Source: a virus
Taxonomy: Duplodnaviria; Caudoviricetes
Length of the DNA: 51,049 bases
Virus record (IMG/VR): IMGVR_UViG_3300021066_000002
Span: 1 to 51,049 of that record
Direction: 5' to 3' (one strand)
The notes beneath the pieces are model-generated. The model saw only the letters and a program-made list of their open reading frames with translations. It ran no database searches and was not told the DNA's origin. Shown in pieces: positions 8,698-17,228 of the stretch (position 1 is its first letter; each line of letters starts with the position of its first letter). The translations under genes were made by a program, and so were the position numbers.

Positions 8698-9267
8698 GTG
8701 AGCCATGTCTACCGCATGCCGGACGCGACGCGGCTGCCGCGCGGGTTCGTGGCGGAGTTATTTCCGGTGGGGGGTGGCAACGTCCCCGTCGTCGTCGAGT
8801 TCCTGGCCGCCTCGATCGCTTTCAGCGGCCAGGGCTTCCTCGCCAACCGCAAGCAGGTAATGGGTGCTGGCTCCATCTCGTTCGCCGGGCAGGCATTCAC
8901 GACGGCCTATAACCGCATCGTCGAGTGGGCCGCCGGCTCCGTCGCCTTCGCCGGGCAGAGTTTCCTTGCGAACCGGACGGTGCAGATGGCGACCGCGGCG
9001 ATCGCCTTCACTGGCGTCGGCTTCCTGGCGAACCGCGCTCAGCAGATGGCGGCCGCCTCGGTAACGTTCGCCGGCCAGGCGTTCGACGTGTCGCGCGCCA
9101 CCGTCGTCCAGATGGGGACCGCGGCGATCACTTTCGCCGGCCAGGCGTTCAGCGTCGTCTCGGCGGCCGTCGATGCCGCCGCCTCGATCCTCCGCAAGGT
9201 CCTGCGGCCGGTGATGCGGCCGCTTCTCAAGCACCCCTTCACCAGCGACGAGGACGCCCCGCCATGA
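8698..9267 (+). CDS. Repeat protein, putative fibre shaft
   Basis: Six 20-22 aa repeats around (S/A)(I/V)xF(A/S/T)GQxF. Confidence 0.7.
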   Translation: MSHVYRMPDATRLPRGFVAELFPVGGGNVPVVVEFLAASIAFSGQGFLANRKQVMGAGSISFAGQAFTTAYNRIVEWAAGSVAFAGQSFLANRTVQMATAAIAFTGVGFLANRAQQMAAASVTFAGQAFDVSRATVVQMGTAAITFAGQAFSVVSAAVDAAASILRKVLRPVMRPLLKHPFTSDEDAPP

Positions 9268-10160
9268 ACGCCATCACTCCCGGCAATGCCTTTCGCCCCT
9301 CCAAGATCTTCGTCTCCGAGCAGCTCCAGGCCGTGGTTGACGCCGCCATGGAGGCGAAGCAGCAGACCGAGCCACCGCGCGACTACCTGGGCGGCTCCCG
9401 CCTCGGGCACTACTGCCTCCGGGCACTGGCCTACGAATTCACGAAGACGCCAAAGGACGAGGGCAAACACTTCAAGGGGAAGACGCTCCGGATCTTCGAC
9501 ATGGGGCACGACGGCGAGGACCGCATGGCCGCCTACCTGCGGCTCGCCGGCTTCCAGCTCGTGACGCACCGCCCCGACGGCAAGCAGCTCGGGTTCTACG
9601 TCGCCAAGATCCGCGATCCGGACACCGGCGAGGAGCGGTCGCGCATCTCCGGCCACCTGGACGGCGTGATCGTCGGCGCGCCGCCGAGCTTGGCCGAGCT
9701 CATCGCGGCGCCCGCGCTGTGGGAAAACAAGATGCTCGGCTCCAAGAGCTGGAAGGACATGGCGCGCGACGGCGTCGAGAAGTCGAAGCCGGTCTACTTC
9801 GTGCAGATGCAGACCTACATGGCCTACATGGACCTGGGCGACAACCCGGGGCTGTTCACCGCGATCAATCGGGACACCGGCGAGATCCACGCCGAGCTGG
9901 TCCCCTACAACCCGGCGGTCGCCCAAGAGGCCAGCGACAAGGGTATCAAGGTTGTCCTCGCGGCCGACCCGCGGGAACTGCCGCGGTGCACGACCGATCC
10001 GCAGGACTACCGGTGCACCTATTGCGACTTCGCCGGTCGCTGCTGGGATCCGACGCAGCCGCCGGATGCGATGGTCGGCCCGGGCGGGTTCGCGGCGCTC
10101 GCGGCGCCGGTTGCAAATCCGGCATGGCTCGCGGGCGCCGGTGCGCCGAAACCGATGTAG
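9264..10160 (+). CDS. Cas4-like PD-(D/E)xK exonuclease, probably Fe-S binding
   Basis: YLGGSRLGHYC, GHLDG, WENK, Q-x-Q-x-Y-M, C-terminal CTYCDFAGRC. Confidence 0.85.
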   Translation: MNAITPGNAFRPSKIFVSEQLQAVVDAAMEAKQQTEPPRDYLGGSRLGHYCLRALAYEFTKTPKDEGKHFKGKTLRIFDMGHDGEDRMAAYLRLAGFQLVTHRPDGKQLGFYVAKIRDPDTGEERSRISGHLDGVIVGAPPSLAELIAAPALWENKMLGSKSWKDMARDGVEKSKPVYFVQMQTYMAYMDLGDNPGLFTAINRDTGEIHAELVPYNPAVAQEASDKGIKVVLAADPRELPRCTTDPQDYRCTYCDFAGRCWDPTQPPDAMVGPGGFAALAAPVANPAWLAGAGAPKPM

Positions 10161-10176
10161 GTTTTGACGACCGACA
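10156..10176 (+). promoter_or_regulatory. 21-bp operator overlapping the exonuclease stop codon
   Basis: TGTAGG-TTTTGACGA-CCGACA. Confidence 0.6.
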
Positions 10177-10217
10177 AGAGCATACTTGGTGCTTCCGCGA
10201 CCCAGAGGATCACCCCC

Positions 10218-10469
10218 ATGACCGACATCGAAGCGCACTATCGGCTCCGCGAAGACATCAACAAAGCAAAGGCCGCCCTCGGAAAGCCGAGCATGACGAA
10301 CCGGGACAAGATATTTGCCCTGGAGGTTCTCAACCGCGTCGCGCTCGCCGTGCAGGGCATGCCGATCATGGAGCAGCGCTGCCGCCAGGCCGACGTCAAG
10401 GCGGCGCGCGACTGCATGAAGATCGAGCGCCTCAAGGCATTGATCGCCCACCTGGTCGACAAGCTCTAG
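10218..10469 (+). CDS. Hypothetical protein
   Basis: GAGGA RBS before ATG10218. Confidence 0.6.
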   Translation: MTDIEAHYRLREDINKAKAALGKPSMTNRDKIFALEVLNRVALAVQGMPIMEQRCRQADVKAARDCMKIERLKALIAHLVDKL

Positions 10470-10478
10470 GAGCGCCCC

Positions 10479-11174
10479 ATGTCCCGCCCCAAAGCGCTCC
10501 CTCCCGAGGAGGAAACCCGGACCGGATGGATGATGACCAAGTCCGGCCGGGCGTTCTTCCCGCTGGCTCCGCGCGTCGGCGAAGCCGCGATCACCGACAT
10601 CGCGCACGCGCTGTCCATGATCTGCCGCTACGGCGGCCACGCGCTGAAATTTTATTCTGTGGCTGAACATTCCGTGCACGTTGCGCGCGCTGTCGGCGCC
10701 GTCGAGCCGGAGGCGACGCTGGAGGCGCTCCTGCACGACGCCACCGAGGCGTACCTGGGAGACATGATCTGGCCGCTCAAGCAGGACCGCGAGCACTCCC
10801 ACATGCACCGGATCGCCGAGGCGCGCCTGGCGCGCACGCTGGCCGGCACATTCGGGACGCGCTACCCGGCGCCGGCGATCGTCAAGCAGATGGACGAGCG
10901 GATCCTGGTGAACGAGCGGGCGGCTCTGCTGCCGAAGGCAAGGGAACCCCGCTACGAGTGGGGACCGGAGTGGGGCGAGCCGATCAGGGGGCTCAACATC
11001 CGGGCCTGCTGCTGGCCGCCAGAGAGAGCGCGCTGGGAGTTCATGGCCGCCTTCGAGGCGGAGATCCAGCGTCGCGCCGGGGCGAAGGCCCGCGAGGGCC
11101 TCACATACCCGCTGTCCGAGGGGCGGGAGCTGGGACCGCCGGTGGTCACGGTGAAGGCACGGGAGGGCGTGTGA
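10479..11174 (+). CDS. HD-domain phosphohydrolase (YfbR-like 5'-deoxynucleotidase)
   Basis: DIAHALSMICRYGGH, YSVAEHS, LLHDATEAYLGD. Confidence 0.88.
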   Translation: MSRPKALPPEEETRTGWMMTKSGRAFFPLAPRVGEAAITDIAHALSMICRYGGHALKFYSVAEHSVHVARAVGAVEPEATLEALLHDATEAYLGDMIWPLKQDREHSHMHRIAEARLARTLAGTFGTRYPAPAIVKQMDERILVNERAALLPKAREPRYEWGPEWGEPIRGLNIRACCWPPERARWEFMAAFEAEIQRRAGAKAREGLTYPLSEGRELGPPVVTVKAREGV

Positions 11175-11407
11175 TGCCGTTTGGCGGAAACCGCAACCTG
11201 CATCCCGAGTACGTCGAGCAATTCCGTGGCTACTGCGGGTCTTGCGCGCACTTTGATCCTCTGAACGCCGACGAGGGTACGGGGGAATGCCGAGCGTTGC
11301 CGCCAAAACCCCGGACGCACACCGACGACGATAGCAACACCGCTGAATGGCCCATCGTCTCAGAAGGCGAATGGTGCGGCGCCTGGCTGCCTGGATGGAA
11401 ATCGTGA
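11174..11407 (+). CDS. Small Cys-rich protein
   Basis: CGSCAHF...GECRALPP...WPIV...WCG; TGATG coupling. Confidence 0.7.
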   Translation: MPFGGNRNLHPEYVEQFRGYCGSCAHFDPLNADEGTGECRALPPKPRTHTDDDSNTAEWPIVSEGEWCGAWLPGWKS

Positions 11408-12066
11408 CCTACCCCCGCCCCGAGCTAGCGGCGCTCGTCGATCCGGCGCAGCTCGCCGAGCATCTCGAACTCCTGTTCGGCTACGTCGATTTCGAGCCGC
11501 ATCATGTCGTCGGGCTGCGCGGCATCGGCGAGAAGGGCACACCAAAGGAAGGCCAGCACGCCGAACAGGTCTGGATCCAGGTCGGCGCCGGCGAGTGTCT
11601 GGTCGACAGCGCGGTCGCCGCGGCGCGTATCTGGGCTCAGCACGGCGTCGCCTGTTTCGTCATCCCGGGCGTGCTCTCCAAATGCGAGGGCACCGCCGAC
11701 GCGGTCGAACTCATGACGGCGCTAGTGGTCGACCTGGACAAGCACGACACCGACGCCAAGCTCGCGTACCTTCTGCAGGCGACCGGCGTCCGGCCTGACA
11801 TGGTGGTCCGCTCCGGCGGCACGACCGACAGTGGGCATCCGAAGCGCCACGTCTGGTATCGGCTAACCGAGCCGACGCGGGACATCCCAGGCGTCATGGT
11901 GGTGCGGCATCGGCTGGCGCAGCTCTGCGGCGGCGACCTGGCGCTCGGGCTGCCGGTGGATGCGCGGCATGGCGTCGATCGCGGGCGGGCGCATCAGCCG
12001 ATCCGGCTGGCCGGCACGGTGCACGGCAAGGGCGGCGGCGCGCGGCTGGTTGAGATCGAGAGGTAG
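11404..12066 (+). CDS. RepB-like DNA primase domain protein
   Basis: VVDLD, VVRSGG...KRHVWYRL, HQPIRLAGT. Confidence 0.78.
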   Translation: MTYPRPELAALVDPAQLAEHLELLFGYVDFEPHHVVGLRGIGEKGTPKEGQHAEQVWIQVGAGECLVDSAVAAARIWAQHGVACFVIPGVLSKCEGTADAVELMTALVVDLDKHDTDAKLAYLLQATGVRPDMVVRSGGTTDSGHPKRHVWYRLTEPTRDIPGVMVVRHRLAQLCGGDLALGLPVDARHGVDRGRAHQPIRLAGTVHGKGGGARLVEIER

Positions 12067-12070
12067 GGCG

Positions 12071-12286
12071 ATGTCGGACGGAAAGTTGAACTACGAGCGT
12101 CAGCGCGCCGAGCGCGAGCTGCGCGCCGACATCGAGCGAGAATTCAGGGCGCGCCAGAACAAGCGAGAAAAGCTAGAGCTGCTGGCCGGAGCGATCTGCG
12201 TGATGAATGCTTCGATCAGCCCAGAAGACTGCGTTGTCCGGGCCCTGGATCTAATCGACGCCGTGGACGCCGAATTCAAGGAGTAG
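12071..12286 (+). CDS. Hypothetical protein between primase and helicase
   Basis: ATG12071 after GAGG; open frame fills the gap. Confidence 0.55.
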   Translation: MSDGKLNYERQRAERELRADIEREFRARQNKREKLELLAGAICVMNASISPEDCVVRALDLIDAVDAEFKE

Positions 12287-12289
12287 CTG

Positions 12290-13969
12290 GTGCCCATCGA
12301 CATCGACGACTTCGGAGAGCGCCTGGCCGAGCTCCGCCCCATGCCTGGCGTCGAGGTCGCAGCCCCGCTGGCGCAGGCTGGCGGGCTGTTCTCCGGGTAT
12401 CGGGACACGCCTGCCGTCGGCGCGACGCTGGCTGCGGCCGTGCACGAGGGCGGCGGCGAGACGAACCGCTGGGAGAGCTTCAACCGGGTTGCGGGAGCGT
12501 ACATCCAGCAGGCGCGCGCCGGGCAGATCGACATGGCGACGGCTAAGGAGCTGACCGCCGGCTGGATGGCGGCGAAGATGGTCCCGGCCTGGCCGGAGAA
12601 CCGCTTCGAGGCGGAGTGGCGCGGCCTGGTCAACCGGGACATCCGGAACCACTCGGCGCTGCCGGCCGTACAGGCGGCACCCGCCTCCGCCCTACCCCAA
12701 GCTGCGCCGGCGGATCCGCGCTACAGCGTGGCGTCGTGGGCAGCCGGCGGCTGGGTGCCGGCCGAAGCTCCGCCGCCGCGGCGTCACCTGGTCCAGGGCG
12801 TCGTCATGGCCGGGCAACCGCACCTGTTCGCCGCCGCGCCCGGCGCTGGCAAGACGTTCCTGATGCTGGACCTGGCGCTGAAGATCGCGGCGCACGTCGC
12901 TGGCGAAGACACCGATTGGTGCGGCCAGAAGCTCACCGATCACTGCGCCGGCAAGGCGGTGGTGTTCTTCACAACCGAAGACGGCGCCGAGGAGCTGCGC
13001 ATCCGGATCCACGAGATCGACCCCACCGGCCGGCGGTTCCGCGGCCGCGTCTACATCATCCCGACGTCCGAGGCCGGCGGCGCGTTCCCGCTGGTCGAGT
13101 ACGACCCGGCGACCCGCACGCCGCGCATGTCCAGAATGTGGCTGCACTGGTTCGAGCAGCTCCGGCAGATCCCGGACCTCGGCCTGGTGATGGTCGACAC
13201 CTTCTCGTCGACCATGCACGGCAACGAGAACGACGCCACCCTGGTCAACGAGTACATGCGCGAGGGAACGCGGGTGTGCGGAGAGCTCGGCGCCGCGTTC
13301 ATGGTCTCCCACCACATCCGCAAGCAGGGCAAGGAACCGTTCTCGAGCCTCGACGACTTCGGCCAGGCGATCCGCGGCAGCACCGGCCTGATCGGCTCCG
13401 CGCGCATGGTGCTCGGCACCTACGAGGCGCCGGACTGGCGCCAGCGGCTCAAGGCGATGAACATGGAGGCGAAGCCCAAGACGCTGTTCATGTTCGGCGT
13501 GGTGAAGGCGAACAACCCGGAGACGCTGAGCGGGACCAAGTCGCTGCTCCGGCGCGCCAACGGGCTCCTGGTCGACGTCACCGAGCGCGACCCGTACAGC
13601 CGCGAGCGACGCGGCGAGATGCTGGCGTGGCTGATCGCGGCAATCCGGTTGGCGAACGCCTCGGGCTTCCCGTACCAAAAGACCGGCAGCAAGGGGCTCT
13701 ACGTCCACCGGGACGAGCTGCCGCCGCTGATCCGTGGGCGCGGCAAGCACGGGATCGAGGGCCTGGCGCAAGAGCTGCTGGACCGGCGCATGGTGGTCCG
13801 GGCGGCGCTGATGAACGAGAAGGGCCGCGCCTGGCTCGACACGCCTGATGGGCCGAGCGCCGCCGGCGGCTGGGAAGGCAAGCGAGACGGCCAGTGGGGC
13901 GATGCGCCGGATTGGGCGCTGTACCACTACGACACGGTGCTCGACGCGGTGGTCGGGCCGGGGCTTTAG
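12290..13969 (+). CDS. RepA-like (AAA_25) replicative helicase
   Basis: Walker A AAPGAGKT, TTED, Walker B VMVDT, SHHIRK, IRGS. Confidence 0.85.
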   Translation: MPIDIDDFGERLAELRPMPGVEVAAPLAQAGGLFSGYRDTPAVGATLAAAVHEGGGETNRWESFNRVAGAYIQQARAGQIDMATAKELTAGWMAAKMVPAWPENRFEAEWRGLVNRDIRNHSALPAVQAAPASALPQAAPADPRYSVASWAAGGWVPAEAPPPRRHLVQGVVMAGQPHLFAAAPGAGKTFLMLDLALKIAAHVAGEDTDWCGQKLTDHCAGKAVVFFTTEDGAEELRIRIHEIDPTGRRFRGRVYIIPTSEAGGAFPLVEYDPATRTPRMSRMWLHWFEQLRQIPDLGLVMVDTFSSTMHGNENDATLVNEYMREGTRVCGELGAAFMVSHHIRKQGKEPFSSLDDFGQAIRGSTGLIGSARMVLGTYEAPDWRQRLKAMNMEAKPKTLFMFGVVKANNPETLSGTKSLLRRANGLLVDVTERDPYSRERRGEMLAWLIAAIRLANASGFPYQKTGSKGLYVHRDELPPLIRGRGKHGIEGLAQELLDRRMVVRAALMNEKGRAWLDTPDGPSAAGGWEGKRDGQWGDAPDWALYHYDTVLDAVVGPGL

Positions 13970-14253
13970 TCGCCGGCCCTCGGCTTTATCCAAGGGCCGA
14001 AGTGCTCGTCCTCCCGATGCATTCGCTGCATCACCGCATATGCCCCGTGCCAGAACTCCACCAGATACTCGGGTGCGTCCTTGCGTTGCCGGATCCCTGG
14101 GTAGGCGCGCACAAGGGCGTTGAGCATGTCGACGACCGCAACCAGATGAGGCTTGCGCTCGCGATGCGCCGTCCAGTCCAGCTCATCGGCGGTCATGTTG
14201 AACCGGCGCAGCGCGTCTTGGTCGGCCTTGGCCTGGCGGTCGGCGCGTGACAT
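13966..14253 (-). CDS. Hypothetical protein
   Basis: GGAGGA RBS before ATG14253. Confidence 0.65.
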   Translation of the reverse strand: MSRADRQAKADQDALRRFNMTADELDWTAHRERKPHLVAVVDMLNALVRAYPGIRQRKDAPEYLVEFWHGAYAVMQRMHREDEHFGPWIKPRAGD

Positions 14254-14304
14254 TGGGTGGTCCTCCTGGCGGGCAGTGTCGGCCGTTGTCGGTCGCCAGG
14301 CAAG

Positions 14305-14585
14305 CGAAAAATCGCGTTCCCGGGAAAACTTTGGGAATGGCCGGGAACGCGGGAACGGAACCGCGGAAATGCTGGTGATCTCGACCCCATTCCCAAGGCC
14401 GTTTCCAGGCAAAACATGAATGATTTCAATTGCAATTAGCTGGTGACGGGAACGGATTTATGGTCGGCTAATCCATTCCCGTGAACGGATTTTTTGGGTG
14501 GTCTGCAAGCCATTGAAACTAAAGGCGTTCCCAAGTTCCCGGCGTTCCCTATAATAGTATTCCCTGCGGTAACGCATGGGGAAGA
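14305..14585. other. Candidate replication origin (GGGAA iteron cluster around an AT-rich core)
   Basis: About 13 GGGAA/TTCCC copies, mostly GGGAA on the left and TTCCC on the right; inverted repeat at 14446-14482; lies near the 3' end of the helicase. Confidence 0.5.
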
Positions 14586-14680
14586 CTTCGTCTCCCCAGC
14601 TTACCCGCTACAAACACTGCTCCAAGTCGGCGATGTCGTGCTATGTTGGTCGTCTTAATCGACAGCGCGAAGGCACCCCC

Positions 14681-15199
14681 ATGCACGCCGCACCCGCCGC
14701 CGCCGCCGCCCCGCCCGAGCCGCCCTGCACCATGCTCGCGTTCACGGTCAACGGGACGCCGCGGCCGCACGAATGGCACGTCGGCGGCAAGCGCGGCCAC
14801 GCCGGCTCCGGCGCGCTGCAGAAGAAAGCGATCTGGGCCTACGCGATCGAGCGGGAGGCCAAGCGCGCGCTCAAGCTGGCCGGGCTGACGCGCCACACTC
14901 CTGGGGATCCGGTGGTGCTCAAGCTCTGTGCCAGGTTCCGGACCGGCTACCCGGACCGCTGGGGCACGCTGCACACCGCGACGCCGGACGCAGACAACGT
15001 GACCAAGCTCGCGATGGATGCGTTGGTTCGGGCCGGCGCCCTGGCCGACGACAAGCTGGTCGCGGATCTCCGGGTGCAGAAGGTCTGGCACCAGCATCCC
15101 GGTCTGGACGTGACGATCGACTATGCGCCCAGCCGGGACGCGTTCGGGCTTAGGGCGATCGCGCGGGAACAGTCGCCCTATTGGCTCAGCCGCGCCTAG
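14681..15199 (+). CDS. rusA: RusA-family Holliday junction resolvase
   Basis: PDADNVTKLAMDAL...ADDKLV catalytic motif. Confidence 0.85.
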   Translation: MHAAPAAAAAPPEPPCTMLAFTVNGTPRPHEWHVGGKRGHAGSGALQKKAIWAYAIEREAKRALKLAGLTRHTPGDPVVLKLCARFRTGYPDRWGTLHTATPDADNVTKLAMDALVRAGALADDKLVADLRVQKVWHQHPGLDVTIDYAPSRDAFGLRAIAREQSPYWLSRA

Positions 15200-15497
15200 C
15201 CCAACCCGCCGCGCGCATGCACCGCTCGAACAGGCCGGACGTTGCGCCGCTCCGGCCGATGGCGGCGCCGAGCTCGGCATAGGCGTTGCTCGGCTGTACG
15301 GTCGGCGCGCCAGCGCGCCGGTAGGCGTCGACCTGGGCGACCTCGTATTCGCACCGCGCCTCGTCAGAGCCGAAGCGGGCCTTATCGGCGGCGCTCGCCG
15401 GCGAACCGTCAGACCGGCCCCACTGTTCTGGCGCAGGAGCGGCGCAGGCCGCGAGAACGGCGGCCAGGGCGAGCGAGGCGAGGATGGCGCGTGTCAT
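15186..15497 (-). CDS. Lipoprotein of unknown function
   Basis: Signal peptide with lipobox LAAC. Confidence 0.7.
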   Translation of the reverse strand: MTRAILASLALAAVLAACAAPAPEQWGRSDGSPASAADKARFGSDEARCEYEVAQVDAYRRAGAPTVQPSNAYAELGAAIGRSGATSGLFERCMRAAGWARRG

Positions 15498-15580
15498 CGG
15501 AGCGGCTCCGGCAGGTGCTCCTGTACGGTCCTCTAATGCGGCCGGAGAGGCAATGGCGAAAGCGCATGCTGGACATAGTT

Positions 15581-15617
15581 AACCCCGCCGAGAGCGCATG
15601 GCTCCGGGCGGGGTTTT
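15581..15617. terminator. Intrinsic terminator-like hairpin
   Basis: AACCCCGCC...GGCGGGGTT stem followed by a T run, at the end of the leftward gene block. Confidence 0.55.
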
Positions 15618-15625
15618 GGGTGGTG

Positions 15626-15880
15626 TTAGTCAACCGGGGTGGTGGGCGGCAGCAGTGCGCGGATGGCGGCAAGAACGGACATGCCGAGCGGCGTTAGCGC
15701 CACCCAATCGAGATCGCTGCACGGCCACACGTCCGGCTTCGCCAGCCCCATGTTGATCAGAACCGTCAGATCCCGACCGCGGCACTCGCCGTACTGGCTG
15801 CGCTCGGCCTTTGACAGCCATTCGAGCAGAAGCTTTTCCCCGTAGGTGAGTTTCGCAACAAGCTGTTCTGCATCCGACAT
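15626..15880 (-). CDS. Hypothetical protein
   Basis: GGGAG RBS before ATG15880. Confidence 0.6.
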   Translation of the reverse strand: MSDAEQLVAKLTYGEKLLLEWLSKAERSQYGECRGRDLTVLINMGLAKPDVWPCSDLDWVALTPLGMSVLAAIRALLPPTTPVD

Positions 15881-16067
15881 GGCCGTCTCCCTTTGCTTCG
15901 CCGCCGCCTCTATCACCTCTCGCTGCACGTCGCGCAGGGCGGATTCGATTTCAACGGCCAGCAGTCGCCGCATGTGGTTGTAGGTGTGGAAGCCGCCTAC
16001 CTCATGTCTGTCAGCGAGGTAGTCTGCCGCAATTTTGCTCCGCCCTCTCCCGCAGGTCGTCAGCCAT
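15881..16067 (-). pseudogene. Frameshifted small gene
   Basis: MADDLRERAEQ continues as IAADYLADRH only if one A of an A4 run (16033-16036) is removed. Confidence 0.4.
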
Positions 16068-16437
16068 GGCTGGGATCCTCCAATCGGTACATCGGCGTCG
16101 GCGGCGGCCACGGCCGGCCTTCGTCTTCCGCGTCTTCGCGCTCACGCATCGTGACGTTGAAATCGGTCGGCCCAATGGGCTGCTTGCTCCAGTGCGTGAT
16201 GACGAAGTAGTCGCCCCATTGCGGACGGTAAAGCTGATCGTGGACAAAGCCGCGCGTCTCTCGGCTGTACTGGATCAGCATCGGAACGCCGCCATGCACT
16301 GGTCCAGTGGGGCTGCGCGCCCAAACCAGATAGACACGGTATGGCGAGCGCGGCACTGGCGGTTGATGCTTGGGGTATTCGAACCATCGGACCGGCTCGC
16401 GCTCGATGTAGTCGAATTTTGCAGGAACGTCAGTCAT
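16060..16437 (-). CDS. Hypothetical protein (DUF551-like)
   Basis: W...P..YLVW...ITHW pattern; GGAG RBS. Confidence 0.6.
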   Translation of the reverse strand: MTDVPAKFDYIEREPVRWFEYPKHQPPVPRSPYRVYLVWARSPTGPVHGGVPMLIQYSRETRGFVHDQLYRPQWGDYFVITHWSKQPIGPTDFNVTMREREDAEDEGRPWPPPTPMYRLEDPSHG

Positions 16438-16738
16438 GGCGGGGCTCCGTGATTTCATCGAGGATGGCGAGCGCCTGCTTAGCGCTGACTGGCTGGGCGC
16501 CGAGGGAGTCGATATCTCCGGCAAACTGGTTTGCCCAATCCGGCAGATCGCGCTTTGAGTAGCCGCGATCAGCTTGGTAGCGACCGTGATCTGACTGGAA
16601 GATCACCACGTCGTTGCCGTCAACTTCGGTGTACCACGTCGCCAGCGGACAGCCGCAATGATCACGGCCGGTTCCTACGTGTGCGGTTGCCGGCTTCGAT
16701 GCCAGCCAGTCGCGGAACTTTCGCCGGTCAAACTTCAT
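16430..16738 (-). CDS. Hypothetical protein
   Basis: GGAGG RBS; overlap-coupled. Confidence 0.7.
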   Translation of the reverse strand: MKFDRRKFRDWLASKPATAHVGTGRDHCGCPLATWYTEVDGNDVVIFQSDHGRYQADRGYSKRDLPDWANQFAGDIDSLGAQPVSAKQALAILDEITEPRHD

Positions 16739-17228
16739 GTCCGGCGTCCTCCTGCGGGGTGGTGAGGGCGAGCGCCCAATCCGCCAGTTTGAAAATGCCG
16801 ATGATCTCGCTGTTGAGCCGGTTGTACGCGGCCCATGCCGTGTCAGGCGAAACCGTCTGGCGGTCGTGATATTGCATGTGGCTGATCTTCGTCAGCGCCT
16901 CCCGGAGCCTCGCCGCTTGCGCCTCGGCGGCTTCGGCGCGCTTGAGCACATCCATCCCTTCATCGACGAGCGCGGAGTATTCCTGCCGAATTTCCTCGAC
17001 CATGGCCTCCGCTGCGGCGCGGGCGGCTTCGGAGGCGGTGGCCCGGTGATTCCATGCTCGGATCGCGGTGTCCCAGCCGTTCACGTAGACCTGGAAGTGG
17101 CAATCTTCGCTGGAACAGCGGACGCGCGTTTCGTCGCCGTAGTCGCCCGCCTCGGCAAATGCAGAACCGCCGCACGCCGGGCACGCCTTCAGCGTCATCT
17201 CCATCGGTGCTGCGGGGGATGGGCTCAT
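16728..17228 (-). CDS. Lar-family (restriction alleviation-like) zinc-ribbon protein with coiled-coil tail
   Basis: LKACPACGG...VRCSSEDC...AIRAWNHRA signature. Confidence 0.7.
   Translation of the reverse strand: MSPSPAAPMEMTLKACPACGGSAFAEAGDYGDETRVRCSSEDCHFQVYVNGWDTAIRAWNHRATASEAARAAAEAMVEEIRQEYSALVDEGMDVLKRAEAAEAQAARLREALTKISHMQYHDRQTVSPDTAWAAYNRLNSEIIGIFKLADWALALTTPQEDAGHEV

Noticed and set aside
9264-10160. Cas4-like gene as part of a CRISPR-Cas system
   Set aside because: No repeat-spacer array or other cas genes seen; solo Cas4-like nucleases are common in phage replication modules
12064-12290. Stop-codon recoding or T4 gene 60-like ribosomal bypass joining primase and helicase
   Set aside because: TAG, TGA and TAA all end well-defined genes elsewhere in the genome, and there is no in-frame matching landing codon after the second TAG
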